From assembly GCA_041685645.1 (NCBI GenBank), contig JAWLFI010000001.1, forward strand, positions 1 to 41,834: 41,834 nucleotides of DNA. Reading direction: 5' to 3'. This DNA comes from Saprospiraceae bacterium. Its GTDB lineage: Bacteria; Bacteroidota; Bacteroidia; Chitinophagales; Saprospiraceae. The notes beneath the pieces are model-generated. The model had not been told where the DNA came from. It made no database searches and saw only the letters and a list, made by a program, of their open reading frames with translations. Positions 10,276-19,288 of the stretch are shown here, piece by piece; position 1 is the stretch's first letter, and every line of letters starts with the position of its first letter. The position numbers and the translations under genes are program-made.

Positions 10276-12408
10276 ATGGGAAAAATGGAGTCATTCAGTT
10301 ATGACAACAAAATCGTAAAGTGGTTTGCCTATGCCACTGTGATTTGGGGTATTGTTGGGATGTTAGTTGGCGTTTGGGCGGCATTTGAATTGGTCTTTCC
10401 CGGTTTAAATATGGCCATAGCAGAACTCACCTTTGGGCGTATCCGACCGCTGCACACCAATGCCGTCATTTTTGCTTTTGTGGGCAACGGGATATTCATG
10501 GGTGTTTACCATTCCCTACAGAGATTATTAAAAGCTCGCATGTATAGTGATAGGCTCTCCCTATTTCACTTTTGGGGATGGCAGGCGATTATTTTGGCAG
10601 CGGCCATAACCTTGCCTCTTGGAATCACGACCAGCCATGAATACGCAGAATTAGAATGGCCCATTAATATTGCCATTGCAGTGGTTTGGGTGGCTTTTGG
10701 CATCAATATGTTTGGGACGATTTTACGGAGAAGAGAAAATCACCTGTATGTAGCGATTTGGTTTTATATCGCTACCTGGGTCACTGTCACGATATTGCAT
10801 ATTTTTAATAATTTGTCGATTCCCTATTCCATGATGCAAAGTATTCCCGTTTTGGCAGGAGTACAAGATGCTTTGGTGCAGTGGTGGTATGGGCACAACG
10901 CCGTGGCCTTCTTTTTAACGACGCCCTATTTGGGCTTGATGTATTACTATCTACCCAAGGCCGCCAATCGGCCGATATTCTCATACAAGTTATCGATCAT
11001 TCACTTTTGGGCTTTGATCTTCATATATATCTGGGCCGGTCCACACCACTTACTGTACACTTCTCTGCCGGACTGGGCACAATCGTTGGGTACTGTGTTT
11101 TCGATAATGTTAATTGCTCCTTCCTGGGGTGGTATGCTCAATGGACTATTGACCCTCCGCGGCGCCTGGGATCGCGTCAGGCAAGATCCTATTTTGAAAT
11201 TCATGGTGGTTGCCGTTAGTGCATACGGCATGTCCACATTGGAGGGGCCTCTACTTTCTATCAAATCGATCAATGCCATCAGTCACTATACTGATTGGAC
11301 GGTAGCTCATGTTCACGTGGGCACTTTGGGCTGGAATGGGATGTTGACCTTTGGTATTTTGTACTGGTTGGTACCCAGAATTTACAATACGAAGTTATAC
11401 TCCATGAAATGGGCCAATGTTCATTTTTGGATATCCACTTTAGGGGTGTTGTTTTATGCCATTCCACTATACTGGGCGGGCTGGACGCAGAGCATGATGT
11501 GGAAGCAATTTGAGCCGGACGGATTTTTGACGTATCCCAACTTTTTGGAGACCGTAACTCAGATTCTGCCCATGTATTTTTTGCGGGCTATTGGCGGCAC
11601 CATTTATCTGGCGGGCGCAATTTTAATGGGAGTCAATCTCTACAGGACGGTAAAGAGCGGTCACTGTGCCGATGATGAAGCGGCCGAAGCTCCGGCTCTG
11701 ACTCCTCACAAACGAGAAAAAGGAGAGTATTGGCACAAGTGGATTGAGCGACGTCCGATACAAATGCTAATTGGTGCTACGATTGTAGTTGTGATCGGCG
11801 GGTTAGTAGAAATTTTCCCGATGCTTATTATCGATAAAAACGTGCCTAAAATCGCCTCTGTGCAGCCTTATACTCCGCTGGAGTTAGAGGGACGAGATTT
11901 ATACATTCGGGAAGGTTGCGTGGGTTGTCATTCGCAGATGGTTCGGCCCTTCCGGTCCGAAACAGAGAGATATGGCGACTACTCAAAATCCGGTGAGTTT
12001 ATTTACGATCGCCCTTTCCTCTGGGGATCGAAGCGAACCGGCCCGGATTTGCATCGGGAGGGAGAAAAGTATTCCGACAGCTGGCACTATTATCACATGT
12101 ATGAACCTCAATCGATGTCACCCGGATCTATCATGCCTCCTTATCCCTGGTTGATAGAGGATGACCTAAGCACGAAGTACACGGCAGCAAAGATTAAAGT
12201 CTTGCAATCACTAAACACCCCATACCCCAAAGGCTATGCTGATCAGGCAGTAAAGGACCTGGAAGAACAAGCCAGGGAAGTGGCGGAAAATCTCCGCGCA
12301 GAAGGAGTGGAGCAAGAAGATCTGGAGAAAAAGGAGATCGTTGCCTTGATTGCCTATTTACAGCGGCTGGGAACAGATATTAAGCCCAAACCTATTGTAG
12401 AAGAGTAA
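10276..12408 (+). CDS. ccoN: cbb3-type cytochrome c oxidase, fused subunit I-II (CcoN-CcoO)
   Basis: The N-terminal ~480 aa carry WWYGHNAVAFF, AGPHHL and HVHVGTLGW (haem/CuB ligands). The C-terminal ~220 aa carry the CcoO TM anchor, CVGCH (CxxCH) and RPFLWGSKRTGPDL. Confidence 0.95.
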   Translation: MGKMESFSYDNKIVKWFAYATVIWGIVGMLVGVWAAFELVFPGLNMAIAELTFGRIRPLHTNAVIFAFVGNGIFMGVYHSLQRLLKARMYSDRLSLFHFWGWQAIILAAAITLPLGITTSHEYAELEWPINIAIAVVWVAFGINMFGTILRRRENHLYVAIWFYIATWVTVTILHIFNNLSIPYSMMQSIPVLAGVQDALVQWWYGHNAVAFFLTTPYLGLMYYYLPKAANRPIFSYKLSIIHFWALIFIYIWAGPHHLLYTSLPDWAQSLGTVFSIMLIAPSWGGMLNGLLTLRGAWDRVRQDPILKFMVVAVSAYGMSTLEGPLLSIKSINAISHYTDWTVAHVHVGTLGWNGMLTFGILYWLVPRIYNTKLYSMKWANVHFWISTLGVLFYAIPLYWAGWTQSMMWKQFEPDGFLTYPNFLETVTQILPMYFLRAIGGTIYLAGAILMGVNLYRTVKSGHCADDEAAEAPALTPHKREKGEYWHKWIERRPIQMLIGATIVVVIGGLVEIFPMLIIDKNVPKIASVQPYTPLELEGRDLYIREGCVGCHSQMVRPFRSETERYGDYSKSGEFIYDRPFLWGSKRTGPDLHREGEKYSDSWHYYHMYEPQSMSPGSIMPPYPWLIEDDLSTKYTAAKIKVLQSLNTPYPKGYADQAVKDLEEQAREVAENLRAEGVEQEDLEKKEIVALIAYLQRLGTDIKPKPIVEE

Positions 12409-12418
12409 AAGAAGAATT

Positions 12419-12613
12419 ATGTACAAATATATTTTAGAAACTGCCGAGAGTATCAACTGGATGGCCTTGTTTTCCCTCCTTACTTTTTTGATTGTTTTTG
12501 TGTTGGCGGTGATTTTAGTGTTTCGACGCAGCGATGAGCACATCCGTCATATGGCGTCTTTGCCTTTAGATGATACGGAACCGGAAATAAAGGATGAAAA
12601 AGAGAAAAAATAA
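12419..12613 (+). CDS. ccoQ: CcoQ/FixQ-like small cbb3 subunit
   Basis: 64 aa with a single TM helix (WMALFSLLTFLIVFVLAVILVF). Its position between ccoNO and ccoP fits CcoQ. Confidence 0.7.
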   Translation: MYKYILETAESINWMALFSLLTFLIVFVLAVILVFRRSDEHIRHMASLPLDDTEPEIKDEKEKK

Positions 12614-12617
12614 ACCC

Positions 12618-13547
12618 ATGAAAAAGCATATTTACTTATTTGTTTTGTGTGTCTTTTTTCTTTTGCCCGGAGCGAAAGCAGAGAGTAGCATGATGGTTGG
12701 ACTCGAGGAAGTAGAATGGCTGAATGAGGCCATGACACTTCTTCTTCAAAACATCGTTGTGGTATTTGCAGGTATCATTATTATTGGAGCCCTGCTGATT
12801 ATGTATCGAACATTGATGGTTATTTTGGAGCAGGAGAAGATTCAGGCCATGGAGGAAGCCGGCATCAAAGTAAAAGACCCGAGCGAAATAGAAAAAGGTC
12901 CTTCAGCGTGGGAAAAAATGATGAAATGGTTATCCGGGGCCGTTCCCGTTTCCAGGGAGAAAGAGGTGGATCTTGGACACAGTTTTGATGGAATTCGCGA
13001 GTTAGACAATCGGCTTCCCCCCTGGTGGCTGGGACTGTTTTACGGCAGTATTATTTTTGCCGTGGTGTACATGTATTATTATCACTTTTCCGGGAACGAA
13101 TGGAGTTCCAGGGGAGAGTATAGAGAAGAGATGGCAGAGGCAGAGCGAAGTAAACGCCTGTATCGCGTGCAAATGGCAGATGTCGTGGACGAAGAAAGCG
13201 TGGAATTTCTAACCGACGAACTGGCGCTGGAGCAAGGCAATGTTATCTTCCAATCAAATTGTGCAACCTGTCACGGTGAAAATGGAGAAGGAGGGGTAGG
13301 TCCCAATTTGACGGATCCGTATTGGATTCATGGGGGAACCATTAATGACGTGTTTTCAGTTATTAAATACGGAGTTGCTGAAAAGGGGATGGTCTCATGG
13401 CAATCTCAGATCCGTCCTGCAGCGATGGAGAAGGTTGCGAGTTTTATTATGACTTTACAGGGCACAGAACCCGAGAACGCCAAGGAGAAAGAAGGTCAGT
13501 ATCACGATCCCGAGATCATCACAAGAGAAGACCTGGAAGAGGAATAA
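12618..13547 (+). CDS. ccoP: cbb3 oxidase subunit III (CcoP/FixP), only one CxxCH visible
   Basis: FixP_N-type motif FDGIRELDNRLPPWW, a TM helix, and one cytochrome c domain (CATCHGENGEGGVGPNLTD ... M). ATG 12618 lies 5 nt after the ccoQ stop; the tracked start at 12594 would overlap ccoQ. Confidence 0.88.
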   Translation: MKKHIYLFVLCVFFLLPGAKAESSMMVGLEEVEWLNEAMTLLLQNIVVVFAGIIIIGALLIMYRTLMVILEQEKIQAMEEAGIKVKDPSEIEKGPSAWEKMMKWLSGAVPVSREKEVDLGHSFDGIRELDNRLPPWWLGLFYGSIIFAVVYMYYYHFSGNEWSSRGEYREEMAEAERSKRLYRVQMADVVDEESVEFLTDELALEQGNVIFQSNCATCHGENGEGGVGPNLTDPYWIHGGTINDVFSVIKYGVAEKGMVSWQSQIRPAAMEKVASFIMTLQGTEPENAKEKEGQYHDPEIITREDLEEE

Positions 13548-13571
13548 ATAGCTCAGTCAAGAGCAATAAAC

Positions 13572-14993
13572 ATGTCAGAAGAACGACGAGAAAACGATCC
13601 GGAGAACAGCTTTAGAGATAGCATTAGCTCTGTAGACCAGCAGGGAAAACGCATTTGGATTTACCCCAAAATGCCCCAGGGGCGTTTTTATGATTATCGC
13701 AAATGGTTGTCCTATGTGCTTCTCATTATTTTATTTGGCATGCCATGGATTAAAATCAATGGCGATCCCTTTATGCAGTTCGATATTCTGAACCGCCAGT
13801 TTATCGTATTTGGAGTGCATTTTGTTCCTCAGGATTTTCACTTGTTCGTCATCGCCATGCTCATTTTCATGATTTTCATCGTTTTATTTACGGTGATTTT
13901 TGGCCGGGTATTTTGCGGTTGGGTATGCCCACAGACCATTTTTATGGAGATGGTCTACCGTCGCATTGAATATGCGATTGAGGGGGACTACACAGCTCAA
14001 AGGCGATTGAACAAAGCGCCCTGGACGAGGGATAAGATATGGAAAAAGACACTAAAGCAAAGCTTGTTTTTTGGGATTGCTTTTTTGGTGGGAAACACCT
14101 TTCTCGCCTATATCATCGGCGTAGATGACCTAATGGAAATTATCCGCTCACCCATTGCAGAACATTGGGAGGGCTTTAGTGCGATGCTCATTTTTTCCCT
14201 GATTTTTTACTTTGTGTTCTCTCAATTGCGAGAACAGGTCTGTACCACGATATGTCCTTACGGGCGACTACAGGGCGTCATGCTGGATAAGCAATCTCTG
14301 GCTGTATATTACGATTGGATCAGGGGCGAGCCCCGGGGCAGGATCAAACGCAATGCTACTGAACTGGAGTTGGAGCAACAAGGCGATTGCATCGATTGCG
14401 GTTTGTGTGTTAAAGTGTGTCCGACGGGGATTGATATCAGAAATGGCATTCAATTGGAATGCGTGAATTGCACGGCTTGCATGGATGCTTGTGATGAGGT
14501 AATGGTAAAAGTGGATCGCCCCAAAGGGCTAATTCGCATTGACTCTCATGCCGGCATCGAATCGAAACAACACAAGCTGATTAATCCGCGATCTATTGCG
14601 TATAGTTTAGTACTTACGCTTTTGATTGGCATTGAATTGTTTTTGTTTGTCTCCAGATCAGATGTCGAAACGGTGTTTTTGAGAACTCCGGGCAAATTGT
14701 ATTACGAGAGAGAGGCCGGGGTCATAGAAAACCTCTATAATTATCAGCTGATCAATAAGACAGACCGGGAAATGCCTGTGGAATTCGTTTTACAGAACAA
14801 GGAGGGAGAAATTGAATACGTAGGGCAAGAGCCCACCACCATACCCAATGGCACAGTGAATGGATCGGTATTTGTCAAGATTTCCCGAGATGAGCTAGAC
14901 AATAGAAAGACTGAGATTTACATTCATGTGGTATCAGAAGGAGAGGTTCTGGAGCGATTGAACACTAACTTTTTGGGTCCCATAAAAAAATAA
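13572..14993 (+). CDS. ccoG: cbb3 oxidase accessory 4Fe-4S protein CcoG/FixG
   Basis: CGWVCPQT motif, ferredoxin-type clusters CIDCGLCVKVCP and CVNCTACMDAC, and several TM helices. Confidence 0.92.
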   Translation: MSEERRENDPENSFRDSISSVDQQGKRIWIYPKMPQGRFYDYRKWLSYVLLIILFGMPWIKINGDPFMQFDILNRQFIVFGVHFVPQDFHLFVIAMLIFMIFIVLFTVIFGRVFCGWVCPQTIFMEMVYRRIEYAIEGDYTAQRRLNKAPWTRDKIWKKTLKQSLFFGIAFLVGNTFLAYIIGVDDLMEIIRSPIAEHWEGFSAMLIFSLIFYFVFSQLREQVCTTICPYGRLQGVMLDKQSLAVYYDWIRGEPRGRIKRNATELELEQQGDCIDCGLCVKVCPTGIDIRNGIQLECVNCTACMDACDEVMVKVDRPKGLIRIDSHAGIESKQHKLINPRSIAYSLVLTLLIGIELFLFVSRSDVETVFLRTPGKLYYEREAGVIENLYNYQLINKTDREMPVEFVLQNKEGEIEYVGQEPTTIPNGTVNGSVFVKISRDELDNRKTEIYIHVVSEGEVLERLNTNFLGPIKK

Positions 14994-14997
14994 TACG

Positions 14998-15441
14998 ATG
15001 AAATTACACTGGGGCAATGCTCTCTTTCTCTTTTTTGTAGGCTATATCGGTCTATTGGGTTTTACTTTGTATCAATCCACTCAAGTTAATCACAGCCTGG
15101 TGTCTCAGGATTATTACGCTCAGGATCTGGCGTATCAAGAGCAGTATGATAAGGTGGTGAACTACAAGTCCCAAAAAGACAGAGTCACCTTCAACTACAA
15201 TAAAGATACACGAGAATTGATCTTGAGCGGAAATCAAATTGCTCAACACGCGAAAGGTCAACTCACTTGTTACCACCCGGTTTCTGCGGTGGAAGATGTG
15301 AAGTTCGACTTTGATTTAAAGTCCAGTGAACTCATTCCATTGAGTCTGGAGCATTTGCCGAGAGGTCGCTGGGTCGTACAAATAGATTACGCCCAAGGAG
15401 AAGAGAGCTATTATCACGAAGAGGAAATTTTTATCCAATAA
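14998..15441 (+). CDS. FixH-family protein (CcoH-position gene)
   Basis: 147 aa with an N-terminal TM anchor and an SQDYYAQDLAYQ motif typical of Bacteroidota FixH-like proteins. It starts 5 nt after ccoG. Confidence 0.7.
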   Translation: MKLHWGNALFLFFVGYIGLLGFTLYQSTQVNHSLVSQDYYAQDLAYQEQYDKVVNYKSQKDRVTFNYNKDTRELILSGNQIAQHAKGQLTCYHPVSAVEDVKFDFDLKSSELIPLSLEHLPRGRWVVQIDYAQGEESYYHEEEIFIQ

Positions 15442-15443
15442 AT

Positions 15444-16142
15444 ATGTTTTCCGTGCCCTTACTACTTGGTTTTTTCGGATCAGCACACTGCCTGGGAATG
15501 TGTGGCCCTCTGGCTATGGGCGTATCGCAAGTGGGGTCTTCTCAGTGGAAACACCTATTGGGTAGGTCTATCTTGTACAATCTGGGACGAGCGACAACCT
15601 ATGCCGGATTAGGATGGCTGGTGGGCGGTCTGGCTCAGCAATTTTTGACGAGCGGATGGCAGCAGCAATTGGCATTCATTACAGGTGGTCTTTTCATTCT
15701 GCTATTTCTCTTGTCTATTACGCCCGATAGTCTTCTTCAGCGATTTTCCTGGTACAGAAGCGGTCTCCGCCATTGGCAAAAGCATTTGGGGCAATGGATG
15801 CATCGGTGGGGGAGCTCCTCCTCATTTATTCTGGGTCTTTTGAATGGCCTGCTTCCCTGTGGCTTAGTGTATATCGCATTGGCCGGGTCTTTAGCGTTTT
15901 CTGCGGCCTGGCAGAGTGCTACTTTTATGTTTGTATTCGGCCTTGGCACCCTGCCTGCCTTGTTTTTTCTCATGACCGGAGCGAATCAACTGCCTTTGTT
16001 ACGTCATCGCTATTTTCGAAAAGCATTGCCTGCGGTTCAGCTCTTGATGGGAATTTTTCTCATTTACAGAGGGCTACAGGTGCAGTTACCTTTTGACTTG
16101 AGTTGGTATTTAACCGTCGATGATCCCGCGATGTGTCACTAA
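15444..16142 (+). CDS. DsbD_2/TauE-like integral membrane protein at the end of the cco cluster
   Basis: 232 aa, polytopic, with an N-terminal GSAHCLGMCGP motif. It starts 3 nt after the FixH-like gene. Confidence 0.75.
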   Translation: MFSVPLLLGFFGSAHCLGMCGPLAMGVSQVGSSQWKHLLGRSILYNLGRATTYAGLGWLVGGLAQQFLTSGWQQQLAFITGGLFILLFLLSITPDSLLQRFSWYRSGLRHWQKHLGQWMHRWGSSSSFILGLLNGLLPCGLVYIALAGSLAFSAAWQSATFMFVFGLGTLPALFFLMTGANQLPLLRHRYFRKALPAVQLLMGIFLIYRGLQVQLPFDLSWYLTVDDPAMCH

Positions 16143-16437
16143 AAAGATACCTTGATGAAGGCCGCAGATCCGAGAAGGAGTGCATTGATCTGCTCAGCAG
16201 AATTACTGACGAATCGTCTCGCGGATATTAGGGGTATCCCGAAAGATAGCTACTACTCGAAGAGCTAAAATCCGGAAAAGCCTATAGGTCCAATCTTAAT
16301 GAGCGTTTGATTGCAATAGTCTATGATGTGTTTGAAAACATTTCTCTTTTGCAACTCTATTTTTAGCGCTTAAAAAAGATAGGCTGGACGCTCTATTTTT
16401 TGAGTATTACTAAGAATCAGTGGCGGTCAGCCCCGGC

Positions 16438-17529
16438 TCACAATACGGGAACGAAATCTTTTTTTCTATTCCCGGAGTTCGCGACCATTTGGGAGGAGTC
16501 AGGAGAAAATACATCTTTTTGTGGAAGATATACAGTGACGAAATTTGAGGCTGCGCAATCTTTAGCATGCCCCGGCTTACCACTGAGTTCGCTTGATTCC
16601 GGGGGCGCATTCATGAGCAAAAAGTCTGAATCATGCATCGCTCTGGTAAGGATGCCGGTCCCGGAAAATTTTATTGAGAGTTTCTGTTTTTCTAGTTGTT
16701 TGAGGGCAGGGCATTGCTCTAGGAGTTGTCTGCGAGTTCGATGAGAGTAAATCACGATCTTGAGATCGAACCATTGCGAAAGTTGCTGTATGGATTTCAC
16801 CGTTGATGAGCCAACAGATGACTCGCGGATGAGCCAATGAGCATTGACGGAGTGTTGGAATTCCACCTGATCGGGAAGGAGCAGCAATGGATGCCGGAGA
16901 TGGGAATAGACCTTTCCCCAGTCACTCATGCCCTCTGCCCAATCTTCTTGGTCAATTATAATAGCGCAATAGTTGTTTTCTCGCTCTATTCGAATGATAT
17001 GATCCCTGAAGTTTGCCGAACTTTTAGATTGTGCGATTATCGGACGGCTCAAAATCTGCCCCATGGCTTCTTCGCTAGCCGCCGCAATATAATTTTGCAA
17101 TTTCCTCTCTGCCTCAAGGGATGTTTCCAACGGCTCGGTGCATAGGGATTGCAGCTCCAGGCAACTATCGTTCTGATTCACGAGTTGATGAGCATAGAGG
17201 AAAGTAGAAACCACCTTTTCCGGCTTTTTGTAGGGAACGGCCACGCAAGGCCATTCTCCATATCGGTAGTATTGAAGGAGGTCCAAAATCGCTTGTTTTA
17301 GTACATGGTTCGTCGCACCTTCTTCCGAAAAGGAATAACTTTTCGAGTGAATTCTCAAAGTGGGCACTGTGTGTATATTGGCTGCCAAAATTTCATCGAC
17401 ATCTCTGATCTCACATATTGACAGAGGTAGACGAGCTCTTTGAATGACGCGGTCCAGCACTCTCTTTATATGCAAAAAAGTGGTAGAGGGGGCTCCGTAA
17501 AGCGATATGGGACTCCGGCCAGACGACAC
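16438..17529 (-). CDS. Hypothetical protein: Cys-less thioredoxin_3-like N-terminus plus two degenerate USP-like (Rossmann-like) halves
   Basis: Long minus-strand ORF. The N-terminus ISLYGAPSTTFLHIKRVL...HTVPTLRI resembles small thioredoxin-fold proteins, but the CxxC position reads APST. The tracked start at 17565 is a TTG that overlaps the CBS gene by 32 nt. A GTG at 17529 lies 5 nt after the CBS stop. The start is uncertain. Confidence 0.6.
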   Translation of the reverse strand: MSSGRSPISLYGAPSTTFLHIKRVLDRVIQRARLPLSICEIRDVDEILAANIHTVPTLRIHSKSYSFSEEGATNHVLKQAILDLLQYYRYGEWPCVAVPYKKPEKVVSTFLYAHQLVNQNDSCLELQSLCTEPLETSLEAERKLQNYIAAASEEAMGQILSRPIIAQSKSSANFRDHIIRIERENNYCAIIIDQEDWAEGMSDWGKVYSHLRHPLLLLPDQVEFQHSVNAHWLIRESSVGSSTVKSIQQLSQWFDLKIVIYSHRTRRQLLEQCPALKQLEKQKLSIKFSGTGILTRAMHDSDFLLMNAPPESSELSGKPGHAKDCAASNFVTVYLPQKDVFSPDSSQMVANSGNRKKDFVPVL

Positions 17530-17533
17530 TGCA

Positions 17534-17950
17534 TTAATCTTTGGATAGCTCGTCAATGATGTCAAATGTGGTTATGATGCCCACTAATTTGTCGCCTTCT
17601 ACCACGGGAATGGCATGAAACATATTCACTTTAAAAACCTCCAGAGCTACGCTGATTTTATCCGAGGGTTCCAATTTGGCCAGTCCGGTCGTCATAATCT
17701 CCTTCACTCGATGCGTCTTTAGGCGAAATGCTTCCAATTCTTCCTCCCTTCTGGTCTTAGCAAAACCCTTTCTAAAGAAAAGAAAGTCGGTTTTACTCAC
17801 CAAGCCGACTAATTTTCCGGCATCCAATACGGGAATGTGATGAAAACTATTCTCTTCGAAAACTTGCTCCACTTTAGTCAATGGGTCGTCAATACTCAAT
17901 GTGGTTAATTGAGTTCGCATGAGTTCTTTTACTGGTCTTTGAATATCCAT
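17534..17950 (-). CDS. Stand-alone CBS-pair (Bateman) domain protein
   Basis: 138 aa made of two CBS repeats (HHIPVLDAGKLVGLVSKTDF and HAIPVVEGDKLVGIITTFDI) with no other domain. Confidence 0.88.
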   Translation of the reverse strand: MDIQRPVKELMRTQLTTLSIDDPLTKVEQVFEENSFHHIPVLDAGKLVGLVSKTDFLFFRKGFAKTRREEELEAFRLKTHRVKEIMTTGLAKLEPSDKISVALEVFKVNMFHAIPVVEGDKLVGIITTFDIIDELSKD

Positions 17951-17989
17951 AACTTTTTATGTGAAGATAGGCTGCAAGTCCCTGCCGGG

Positions 17990-18026
17990 AAATGATTTCT
18001 ATCACATGAAAAAATGATTTCTATCA
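17990..18026. promoter_or_regulatory. Tandem Crp/Fnr-type boxes TGAT-TTCT-ATCA in the divergent CBS / kinase promoter region
   Basis: An identical 15-mer AAATGATTTCTATCA occurs at 17990-18004 and 18012-18026 (22-bp period). Each copy contains the palindromic core TGATnnnnATCA. Confidence 0.5.
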
Positions 18027-18061
18027 ATGTTTTATCTTCGCCATGTAAAACAACTCTTTTC

Positions 18062-19288
18062 ATGCCGAAAGTCAATGAATTTTATGCCCAACGCCTCGAA
18101 GCTGTAATCAACACAGCCATCGATGGCATTATTACTATCAATAAAGCCGGCAAGATCGAGTCCGCAAACCCCGCCGCTCAAAAACTTTTTGGCTACTCAT
18201 CCAGTGAAATGATCGGTCAGAATATAAGCTTGTTGATGCCGGAACCTCATCGCTCTCAACATGACGAGTATATCAATCACTATGAAGAAACCGGAGAAAA
18301 GAAAATTATAGGTATTGGCCGGGAAGTAAAAGGAAAGAGGAAAGATGGAACGCTTTTCCCCTTTCGATTGGCTGTGAGTGAGGTGAATTTGGGCCCCAGG
18401 AAAATCTTTACCGGGATCATCCACGATCTCACCGATATCAATGCAGCCCGGCAAGAGATCATCAGCATGAATCTTCAATTGGAGCAGAAAGTTGAAGAGC
18501 GCACCAATGAATTGGAAAGTGTGGTCAATCAACTCCTGAAAGCCAATCGACAACTGGAGGAAAAGGAACAGAAACTAAAACAGGCTCTGGAAGTGGAAAA
18601 GGAACTCAATGATCTAAAATCCAGATTCCTGAGCACGGCGTCACACGAATTTCGCACGCCCTTGAGCACCATTTTGTCCTCTGCGTCTATCATTGAAAAA
18701 TATGAGGCGGAGGCACAGCAGGACAGACGCTTGCGACATACCAAAAGGATTCGGGACAGCGTCAATCACCTCAACGCTATTTTAAATGATTTTCTGTCGA
18801 TCAGCAAACTGGAAGATGGGGATTATCAGCCGCAATGGCAAGCGGTAGATTTGTTTTCATTTCTGGAACAGTTGAAAGAACAAGTGTCCGAGATCTATTC
18901 ATCCGAAAATGGCGGATTAATTCTAATGGAGGCCGAGGTAGATCAGATCATTACTGACCCGCACATCCTCAAGAATATTTTAATCAATTTGCTGTCCAAT
19001 GCCATTAAATACAGCGACTCAACACAAGTGCGTTGTTCTGTCAGGGAGGAAGATAACCACTGGATCATCGCAGTCGCTGATCAGGGCATGGGGATTCCCC
19101 CCTCCGAGCAAAAGCACCTCTTCGAACGCTTTTTCAGAGCGTCTAATGCCGAGAATATTCAAGGGACGGGTTTGGGATTGAGTATTGTGTTTGAATACGT
19201 AAAACAGTTGGGGGGTGAAATCTATTTTGAGAGCGAAGAAAATGTGGGATCTACTTTTTTTGTGGAACTTCCGAAGAGAATATTATGA
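18062..19288 (+). CDS. FixL-like haem-PAS sensor histidine kinase (soluble)
   Basis: The PAS domain carries LMPEPHRSQHDEYINHY...IIGIGREVKGKRKDGTLFPFRLAVSEV...FTGIIHDLT, which I recall as near-identical in pattern to the rhizobial FixL haem domain. HisKA H-box SHEFRTPL, N-box LLSNAIKYS, G-boxes DQGMGI and GTGLGLSIV. The alternative ATG at 18014 overlaps box 2. Confidence 0.88.
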   Translation: MPKVNEFYAQRLEAVINTAIDGIITINKAGKIESANPAAQKLFGYSSSEMIGQNISLLMPEPHRSQHDEYINHYEETGEKKIIGIGREVKGKRKDGTLFPFRLAVSEVNLGPRKIFTGIIHDLTDINAARQEIISMNLQLEQKVEERTNELESVVNQLLKANRQLEEKEQKLKQALEVEKELNDLKSRFLSTASHEFRTPLSTILSSASIIEKYEAEAQQDRRLRHTKRIRDSVNHLNAILNDFLSISKLEDGDYQPQWQAVDLFSFLEQLKEQVSEIYSSENGGLILMEAEVDQIITDPHILKNILINLLSNAIKYSDSTQVRCSVREEDNHWIIAVADQGMGIPPSEQKHLFERFFRASNAENIQGTGLGLSIVFEYVKQLGGEIYFESEENVGSTFFVELPKRIL

